This document shows, in pieces, positions 16,685 through 23,089 of a stretch of 32,000 nt of DNA (the stretch's first letter is position 1; the number at the start of each line of letters is the position of its first letter). Origin of the DNA: an uncultured archaeon (GTDB lineage: Archaea; Micrarchaeota; Micrarchaeia; Micrarchaeales; CABMGC01); contig OY969902.1 of the NCBI GenBank assembly GCA_963704435.1, positions 390,001-422,000 on the forward strand, given 5' to 3'. The notes under the pieces were generated by a model, which saw only the letters and a program-made list of their open reading frames with translations, ran no database searches and was not told the DNA's origin. A program made the position numbers and the translations under genes.

Positions 16685-17239
16685 ATGGCCGGCATCCATG
16701 AAGAGAACGCAGAAACGGAGATGACGCAGCTGGCCTCAGACTCGCTCAGCAGGCGCAGGCCAAGGCAGGGCGTGCTGTTCACGACCATGTCCGACATAAC
16801 GAAGGCGCTCTCGAAAGGCGCGGTCAAGTGGTCGCGCGAGAACTCGCTCTGGCCGCTCAGGTTCGGCATATCCTGCTGCTCGATGGAGGCGCTGGACTTC
16901 GGCTCCCCACGTATCGATTCCGAGAGGGAGGGCTACGCGTTCTTCAGGGGAACGCCAAGGCAGAGCGACGTCATGATAGTCTCAGGATGGGTCACGAAGT
17001 CTCTCGCGCCCGAGATAAAGAGGCTCTACGAGCAGATGCCCAAGCCGAAGTACGTCATCGCGTACGGCGTGTGCGCCGTGGGAGGCGGGCCGTGGGCTGA
17101 AAGCTACAACATCATAAAGGGCATCGACCAGCTGCTGCCGGTCGACGTATACGTCGCAGGCTGCCCGCCGAAGCCGGAGAACCTGTTCGCAGCGTTCAGG
17201 AAGCTCAGGAAGAAGATAGGTGGTGAGATTGAAGGTTGA
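16685..17239 (+). CDS. nuoB: NADH:quinone oxidoreductase subunit B (N2 cluster subunit)
   Basis: WPLRFGISCCSMEA, YGVCAVGGGPW and VAGCPPKPE supply the four canonical Cys ligands. Confidence 0.95.
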   Translation: MAGIHEENAETEMTQLASDSLSRRRPRQGVLFTTMSDITKALSKGAVKWSRENSLWPLRFGISCCSMEALDFGSPRIDSEREGYAFFRGTPRQSDVMIVSGWVTKSLAPEIKRLYEQMPKPKYVIAYGVCAVGGGPWAESYNIIKGIDQLLPVDVYVAGCPPKPENLFAAFRKLRKKIGGEIEG

Positions 17240-17594
17240 AAGGAAGGACTTGCTCGACGAGCTCGGCACGCTGAAGCGGGGAGGCCTATCCTATCTGGTC
17301 AAGATAACCGCGGTGGACTACAAAGACCGCATAAGCATAGTATACACGGTAAGGGATCCCGCTTCGGGCAAGGACGAGGTTGTCGAGGTCGATGTCGCTC
17401 CGACCGACGCCTGGGTCCCGAGCGCGGCAGGAATCTACCGCGCCGCCGACTGGTACGAGAGGGAGCTGGCCGAGATGTTCGGCATAGAGGTGAAGGGCAG
17501 GCGCGTTGGAAGGCTGCTGCTCGAGAAGTGGAACGGCAAGCCCGCTCCCCTTAGGAAGAATTTCGCCTGGGGAGGGGCGTACGAGAGGAAGTGA
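17220..17594 (+). CDS. nuoC: NADH:quinone oxidoreductase subunit C (short form)
   Basis: 124 aa. YRAADWYERELAEMFGIEVKG is the NuoC signature. GTG start overlapping nuoB. Confidence 0.85.
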   Translation: MVRLKVERKDLLDELGTLKRGGLSYLVKITAVDYKDRISIVYTVRDPASGKDEVVEVDVAPTDAWVPSAAGIYRAADWYERELAEMFGIEVKGRRVGRLLLEKWNGKPAPLRKNFAWGGAYERK

Positions 17595-18688
17595 AGATGT
17601 CTACCAGAATAAACATAGGGCCCGTGCACCCGAGCATGCAGGATTCGCTGCGGCTTGTGGTCGACGTCGAGGGCGACACGGTCGTGGGTGTGGAGCCGCA
17701 TGTGGGCCTCCTGCACAGGGGCGTCGAGAAGCTGGTAGAGAACAGGGCATACATGCAGAACCCGGCGTACATGGAGAAGCTCGACTACGCCGCGCCGCTG
17801 GCGTACGACGACCTGTACGTGGCCGCCGTCGAGGACGCCGTTGGGGCCGCGGTCGGAGAGAGGGCGATGTACGAGCGCACCATACTGCTCGAGCTCCAGA
17901 GGATCGCCAGCCACCTCCTGTGGCTAGGCACGATGGCGAACGACCTGTCCCCCGAATCCAGCCTGTTCATGTGGACGCTCAGGGACAGGGACATGGTGCT
18001 GCGTCTGCTGCAGGAGGTTTCGGGATCTAGGATGTTCTACGTCAATATGAGGCTGGGCGGCCTGGCAAGGGACTTCCAGCCTGGCTTCGGGGAGCGCGCG
18101 GTATCCGTAATCGACCAGCTCAGGAAGAGGGTCAAGGAATACGAGTCCTTCATAGACAAGGATCCCGTATTCAAGGAGAGGCTGGTCGGGGTGGGTAAGC
18201 TCACCAAGGAGAAGGCGATAGACCTGGGGGTGACAGGGCCGGTCTTGAGGGGTTCGGGTGTCGAGAGCGATGCCAGGAAGGACAAGCCGTATTACGCGTA
18301 CGAGAAGCTCAACTTCAGGGCCCACATGAAGCGCGATGGGGACTGCTTCGCCAGGTACAAGGTCAGGATGATGGAGCTGGCCGAGAGCATGAGGATCGTC
18401 AAGGACGGTCTCAAGGGCCTGCCGGACGGGTCTTCGGTGGGAATCCCCGTCAGTCTGGTGGTCCCCGAGATCAGGAAGAGGGTAGTCTGCGTCAGCAGGG
18501 AGACGCCGCGCGGAGAATGCATGATGTACATGGTCGCGGATCCCCAGAGGCCCTACCGGCTTTCGATACGCTCGCCTTCCTTCATAAACTTGGCGGCGAT
18601 CCGCGAGATGGCGCGGGGCTGCAGGATGGCCGACCTCTTCGCGATACTCGGCAATCTGGACGTTGTGATGGGTGATGTCGATAGATAG
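17591..18688 (+). CDS. nuoD: NADH:quinone oxidoreductase subunit D
   Basis: INIGPVHPSMQDSLRLVVDVEGDTVV, HRGVEKL, and C-terminal LGNLDVVMGDVDR. The start is GTG 17591 or ATG 17597, overlapping the nuoC stop. Confidence 0.95.
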   Translation: MKMSTRINIGPVHPSMQDSLRLVVDVEGDTVVGVEPHVGLLHRGVEKLVENRAYMQNPAYMEKLDYAAPLAYDDLYVAAVEDAVGAAVGERAMYERTILLELQRIASHLLWLGTMANDLSPESSLFMWTLRDRDMVLRLLQEVSGSRMFYVNMRLGGLARDFQPGFGERAVSVIDQLRKRVKEYESFIDKDPVFKERLVGVGKLTKEKAIDLGVTGPVLRGSGVESDARKDKPYYAYEKLNFRAHMKRDGDCFARYKVRMMELAESMRIVKDGLKGLPDGSSVGIPVSLVVPEIRKRVVCVSRETPRGECMMYMVADPQRPYRLSIRSPSFINLAAIREMARGCRMADLFAILGNLDVVMGDVDR

Positions 18689-19679
18689 CTTTGCGATGCT
18701 GCAGCTCTCGCTCCAGGGATTGCTGGCCTCAGGCGGCGTCTCAGCGGCAGCCGCGCTGGCGGCCTACGCTGTTCTCGTCGTCGTGCTGGTCATCGCGTTC
18801 GGCTACGCGTTCAGCTGGGCCGAGAGGAGGATAATCGCAGGGATCCAGTCGAGGCGCGGACCGACGCGCGCAGGCGGGCTGCTGCAGAACTTCGCTGATA
18901 TAACGAAGCTTCTCTCCAAGGAGGACGCCACTCCTCGCGCCGCCAACGGATTCCTGTTCAAGGCGTCGATGCTGCTCATGCCCGCGGCGTTCGTGTTCCT
19001 GATCATGCTGCTCCCCTTCTCGCCCGGCTCCCTTGCGGGAGGGCTAAGCCTAGGAATGCTCGCAGTGTTCGTCGCGCTCTCATTCATCCCCTCCCTCGTC
19101 TTCGTCTGCGGCTTCTCCAGCGGAAACAAGTTCTCTGAGATGAGCGCGCAGAGGGCCATAGCCGCCCAGCTCGGCTACGGGCTGCCGATGGTGCTCGCTG
19201 CGGCGGCGGTCGCGATGTTCGCGGGCGCGTACGGATTCCAGGGGATAGTCGCCGCGCAGGCCGGAGCGTGGTTCGTGCTCCTTATGCCGATAGGATTCGC
19301 CGTGTTCTACGTGGCGCTGCTCGCGGACTTGGGCAAGGCCCCGCTCGACGCGGGGGAGACTGACTCGGATATGGTCGCGGGCTGGCTGACCGACGCGAGC
19401 GCCCCGTACTACGCGCTCGCGCTGTTCGCGGACTACGCCAGGATGTTCCTCGGGAGCCTGCTCATCTCGATGCTGTTCCTCGGCGGGTGGCTGGGACCCG
19501 TGCTGCCTCCGGTCGCCTGGCTGCTCATAAAGGCGTTCGTCGTTCTGCTGTCCATAACCGTCGTGCGCGAAGCCCTGGCATCGATGAGGATCGACAGGAT
19601 ACTGAGATTCGGGTGGGTCGCGCTCATCCCGCTTGCGGCGCTAAACTTAATAATTGTGTCAATTCTATTCATCCGATGA
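18672..19679 (+). CDS. nuoH: NADH:quinone oxidoreductase subunit H
   Basis: WAERRIIAGIQSRRGPTRAGGLLQNFADITKLLSKED signature. About 8 TM helices. Confidence 0.9.
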   Translation: MMSIDSFAMLQLSLQGLLASGGVSAAAALAAYAVLVVVLVIAFGYAFSWAERRIIAGIQSRRGPTRAGGLLQNFADITKLLSKEDATPRAANGFLFKASMLLMPAAFVFLIMLLPFSPGSLAGGLSLGMLAVFVALSFIPSLVFVCGFSSGNKFSEMSAQRAIAAQLGYGLPMVLAAAAVAMFAGAYGFQGIVAAQAGAWFVLLMPIGFAVFYVALLADLGKAPLDAGETDSDMVAGWLTDASAPYYALALFADYARMFLGSLLISMLFLGGWLGPVLPPVAWLLIKAFVVLLSITVVREALASMRIDRILRFGWVALIPLAALNLIIVSILFIR

Positions 19680-20052
19680 TTGCTTGTTCGTGGAGCCGCT
19701 CGCCAAGGCAGTAAGGAGTCTCGCGGATAAGAAGGCCACCCTGGAATTCCCCGCGGAGAAAGAATCCTTGGACGACGTGGAGCGCGGCGCCCTGCTGCTT
19801 GACATGGACACCTGCGTGAGCTGCTGCGCGTGCGAGCAGATGTGCCCGGCGAAGGCGATAGACATGGTCGAAGTGAAGGCATCGGCGAGCGCCACGAAGA
19901 AGATGCCGCAGGTAGGGATGGACAGGTGCATGCTCTGCGGATTCTGCGAGGAGGTCTGTCCGACGAAATGCCTGTCGCTGACCAAGGGCTACGACTTCGA
20001 AGTGTGCGACAAGAGGGCGCTGACGAAAAGGCCCGAGGAGCTCAGGGGTTAG
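19654..20052 (+). CDS. nuoI: NADH:quinone oxidoreductase subunit I (2x[4Fe-4S])
   Basis: CVSCCACEQMCP and CMLCGFCEEVCP. The track start at 19654 is a TTG inside nuoH; GTG 19690 (VEPLAKAV...) is a likelier start. Confidence 0.85.
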   Translation: MCQFYSSDDCLFVEPLAKAVRSLADKKATLEFPAEKESLDDVERGALLLDMDTCVSCCACEQMCPAKAIDMVEVKASASATKKMPQVGMDRCMLCGFCEEVCPTKCLSLTKGYDFEVCDKRALTKRPEELRG

Positions 20053-20055
20053 CGC

Positions 20056-20532
20056 ATGGCGGACATGGAGCTCGCTGCCATCTTTGCGATAATGCTAGTT
20101 CCCGCAGCGCTGATGTTCCTGGAAAGGAAGCCGCTTCGCACTGCGATATGCCTGGCGATATCCGCGTTCGGAGGGGCGCTCCTGCTGCTCTACGTCGGGC
20201 AGAGCCTCGCCGCGCTGCTGCAGCTTTTCGTGTTCGTAGGTTGCCTGCCCCTTTACCTGACCATGTCCGTCGCGTCCGAGGATGCGCGGATCACGGTGAA
20301 GGACGGCGCGAAGTTCTTCCTCTCGGCGGCCCTGGCGGTCGGAGGGCTGTGCCTTCCCTTCGTCATTTTTGCAGGTGGCGCCGCCCTGCCGGTCGGCAAC
20401 AATCTCGTCGCTGCCGCGGCCGCGTCGCTTGAAAGCCAGTACGTCATGGCATATGCTTCAGTATTCCTCGTATTCGCGTCGGCGATTGGCGCGGCCGTCA
20501 TAGTCAGGAGGTCCTCGAAGGTGGTCGTCTGA
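20056..20532 (+). CDS. nuoJ: NADH:quinone oxidoreductase subunit J
   Basis: 158 aa, 5 TM helices. AALLQLFVFVGCLPLYLTMSVA corresponds to the A..Q..VY.GA..VLF.F motif region. Position between nuoI and nuoK. Confidence 0.75.
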   Translation: MADMELAAIFAIMLVPAALMFLERKPLRTAICLAISAFGGALLLLYVGQSLAALLQLFVFVGCLPLYLTMSVASEDARITVKDGAKFFLSAALAVGGLCLPFVIFAGGAALPVGNNLVAAAAASLESQYVMAYASVFLVFASAIGAAVIVRRSSKVVV

Positions 20533-20828
20533 TGCTGAATTATGTGCTGCTGGCTTCTGTGGCCACCATAGGAGTGGCCTTGGCGGGGATAATCTCGAGC
20601 AGGCACTTCGCCGTGCTCATGCTCGCCGTGGAGCTAATCCTGATGTCTAGCTCCGTCCTCCTGCTTTCATACTTCTCGCTGTCCCCTGTGGCGGGAATCG
20701 ATGCCTTCCCCATGCTGGTCGGGATCTGGTCTGTAGTGGCCGTGGAGGCCATCGCGCTAACGGCATTCCACGTTTACATGAGGTCGCGCGGCATGGGCCT
20801 TGACCTTTCAAAGCTTCCGCGACAATAG
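20532..20828 (+). CDS. nuoK: NADH:quinone oxidoreductase subunit K
   Basis: 98 aa, 3 TM helices, with a membrane Glu in LAVELILMS. ATG overlaps the nuoJ stop (ATGA-type coupling). Confidence 0.85.
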   Translation: MLNYVLLASVATIGVALAGIISSRHFAVLMLAVELILMSSSVLLLSYFSLSPVAGIDAFPMLVGIWSVVAVEAIALTAFHVYMRSRGMGLDLSKLPRQ

Positions 20829-20835
20829 TGATGCC

Positions 20836-21711
20836 ATGCTAGGACCCATGATACTTCTGCTGCCCCCTCTCGCCGCGCTTGCGGCGATAGCGCTAAGCAG
20901 GAACCGGTGGATTGCCAAGTATGCTGCATTGGCGGGATGCCTAGCCGGCCTGCTTCTGCTACCGTTCGTAGACCGCGGCACTGAAAGCGCCGCGTGGTTC
21001 AGCGGCGGGGGCGCGACCTTCGTAATCACGACCTTGATGGGCCCCCTTAACGTGCTGCTCGCTGCGGCCGTTCTCGTGGTAGGCATCCTGGCCTCGTTAT
21101 ACTCGTTCCGGTTCGCGGACCTGCCTAGCGAGAAGCGGCGGTTCTGCATCGGGATGCTTGCGATCGAGACATCGGTACTCGCCATCACCATGGCAGGCAA
21201 TTTCATGCTCCTGCTGATCGCATGGGGATTCCTAGGCGCCTCCGGCTACCTGCTCAGGGGATTCCGCGGCGGGGCGAGGGCCAGCGCCGCCGCCAGGAGA
21301 TTCCTGACGCTGGTTTTGGTAGGGGATGTCGCGCTGATCGCTTCGACAGCCATATTATTCACCACGTACGGCAGTCTCGAATTCAATATCATACTCGGAT
21401 CCCTCCGGGCTACTCCGATTCCCCGCTCCGCGGCGGCGCTTCTGGCGCTGGCAGCCTTAACATGGCCCGCGGACCTCATCCTAACTGTGGATGCCCTCAG
21501 CCCGACGTTTGCGTTCTTCTCTAGGTTCATAGAGATCCTTGGAGACGGCTTCGCCTACTTCGACGAGTCCTTGGACAACGCGCTGTATCTGCTGGGACGC
21601 GCTCTGTCACGGCTGGGCAGGACGAAGAGAGCGGGCGCCGGGATTAACGCTTACGTCCTACTGTTCGCGGTAGGCATCCTACTGCTGCTCGTTGCAATGG
21701 TGTTCATTTGA
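20836..21711 (+). CDS. nuoL: Truncated NuoL-like subunit (NuoL N-terminal module plus C-terminal anchor; antiporter core absent)
   Basis: 291 aa from ATG 20836. LSRNRW, IAWGFLGASGYLLRGF and VLVGDVAL are colinear with E. coli NuoL LAFSRGRW, LGWEGVGLCSYLLIGF and TRVGDVFL (recalled). The C-terminus GFAYFDESLDNALY...INAYVLLFAVGILLLLVAMVFI resembles NuoL's last helices. There is no Proton_antipo_M core block. Confidence 0.7.
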   Translation: MLGPMILLLPPLAALAAIALSRNRWIAKYAALAGCLAGLLLLPFVDRGTESAAWFSGGGATFVITTLMGPLNVLLAAAVLVVGILASLYSFRFADLPSEKRRFCIGMLAIETSVLAITMAGNFMLLLIAWGFLGASGYLLRGFRGGARASAAARRFLTLVLVGDVALIASTAILFTTYGSLEFNIILGSLRATPIPRSAAALLALAALTWPADLILTVDALSPTFAFFSRFIEILGDGFAYFDESLDNALYLLGRALSRLGRTKRAGAGINAYVLLFAVGILLLLVAMVFI

Positions 21712-23087
21712 TGATATCACTGGCTCTAGGCTTCGCGGTGGTGCTCGCGCTCTACCTGCTGGTGAACATGTCAGCAAGCCTTGTGCGCGCCAAGAAGTTC
21801 CAATTCGCCTGCAACGCTATCCTCCTGGCACTGCTCTGCGTAGGCGCACTTGCGCTGTCCGGAGTTACGGCGACTTACCTGAGCATGATATCGGTGAATC
21901 CCTTCTCGGCGATGTTCGCCCTCGCCTTCACGCTCACGGTCTTCCTCGCCAACTTCCTGGCTTACGTCGCGCCGCAGGGCTATTCTGACTTCGCGCTGTT
22001 GGGCTCCTTCGCCCTGGCGGGATCGTACCTGATCGCGTTCGCGAGCTCGCTCGTAGCGATATTCCTTGGCCTGGAGGCGGTGGCGGTGCCCGCCGCGTTC
22101 ATCTTGTTGATCTCAAGGAGGCAGAGCGCCGGAGCAGCCGCTAAGTTCTTCATCATTTCTTCGCTGTCGGTCGCTGTGCTCTCGTTTGCCGCGGTGCTCG
22201 TCTACGGATCTTCAGGAACTCTCGCCCTTGCCGTCCACCCGCAGAGCCCTGTCCTCGCATTGGCAGCAGCCCTATTCATCGCATCCTTAGGATTCGGAGC
22301 GCTCATCTTCCCGTTCAACGCCTCCCTGGCGGGAATCTATCACGGCGCATCCGCGCAAGCAATCTCAATCGCGGGAGTTCTGCAGAACAAAGTAGGATTC
22401 GCGGCCATGATGCTCGTATTCGTCCTTGTCTTCCAGTCTTACGGGCTCGCGTTCCAGGCCATTGCAGTGCTCGCAGCGCTCACCATGCTCGCGGGCAGCG
22501 TCCTGGCGAACGGCCAGAACAGCCTGAAGAGGCTGCTCGCCTACGCGTCGTTCGCGCAGGCGGGGTTCGTGCTCGTCGGGATCGCGACGAACAGCGCAGC
22601 GGGGCTAGGCGCCAGCTCGGTGCAGATATTCGCAGACGTCTTCTCCTTCATGGGAATCCTCGGGATAATCGCATGGCTGGAGCGGCACGACAGGAGCCGC
22701 GTGGACGACCTGGTGGGGCTCTACAAGGAGAACAGGTTCGTGGCCGTGGCGCTCTGCATATTCCTGCTCTCGCTGCTGGGGATTCCGTTCACGGTGGGCT
22801 TCGTAGGAAAATTCCTGATCCTCCTCGAGGCGACAAAATCGGGACTGCTGTGGCTGGCTGCAGTGGGCGTGATTGAAATCGCAATCTCGGTATTCTACTG
22901 CGCGCGCGCGATGACCGCGATGTATGCGGGAAGGGCCGGAGCGAAGAGAGTGCGCCTCGATCGCGCGACTGCCTGTGTCGTCGTAATATGCCTGTTGCTT
23001 ACGCTTGCATTTGGAATCTATCCGCAGCCGATGATCAGCATCGCGAACAGCGGCGCGGGCTATCTTTTCAGCCTGGCCGCGCACTGA
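21711..23087 (+). CDS. nuoN: NADH:quinone oxidoreductase subunit N (with substitutions at conserved TM7 positions)
   Basis: FLGLEAVAVP (TM5 Glu), KRLLAYASFAQAGFVL, GIPFTVGFVGKF, IYPQPMISI. ATG 21711 overlaps the mini-nuoL TGA (TGATG). The track lists a TTG at 21708. Confidence 0.85.
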   Translation: MISLALGFAVVLALYLLVNMSASLVRAKKFQFACNAILLALLCVGALALSGVTATYLSMISVNPFSAMFALAFTLTVFLANFLAYVAPQGYSDFALLGSFALAGSYLIAFASSLVAIFLGLEAVAVPAAFILLISRRQSAGAAAKFFIISSLSVAVLSFAAVLVYGSSGTLALAVHPQSPVLALAAALFIASLGFGALIFPFNASLAGIYHGASAQAISIAGVLQNKVGFAAMMLVFVLVFQSYGLAFQAIAVLAALTMLAGSVLANGQNSLKRLLAYASFAQAGFVLVGIATNSAAGLGASSVQIFADVFSFMGILGIIAWLERHDRSRVDDLVGLYKENRFVAVALCIFLLSLLGIPFTVGFVGKFLILLEATKSGLLWLAAVGVIEIAISVFYCARAMTAMYAGRAGAKRVRLDRATACVVVICLLLTLAFGIYPQPMISIANSGAGYLFSLAAH

Positions 23088-23089
23088 CA

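Noticed and set aside
21222-21530. Alternate-frame ORFs inside the mini-nuoL, examined as possible frameshifted remnants of the missing NuoL core.
   Set aside because: Their translations are Arg/Gly/Pro-rich and show none of the Proton_antipo_M motifs. The deletion therefore appears clean and in-frame, not a set of frameshifts.
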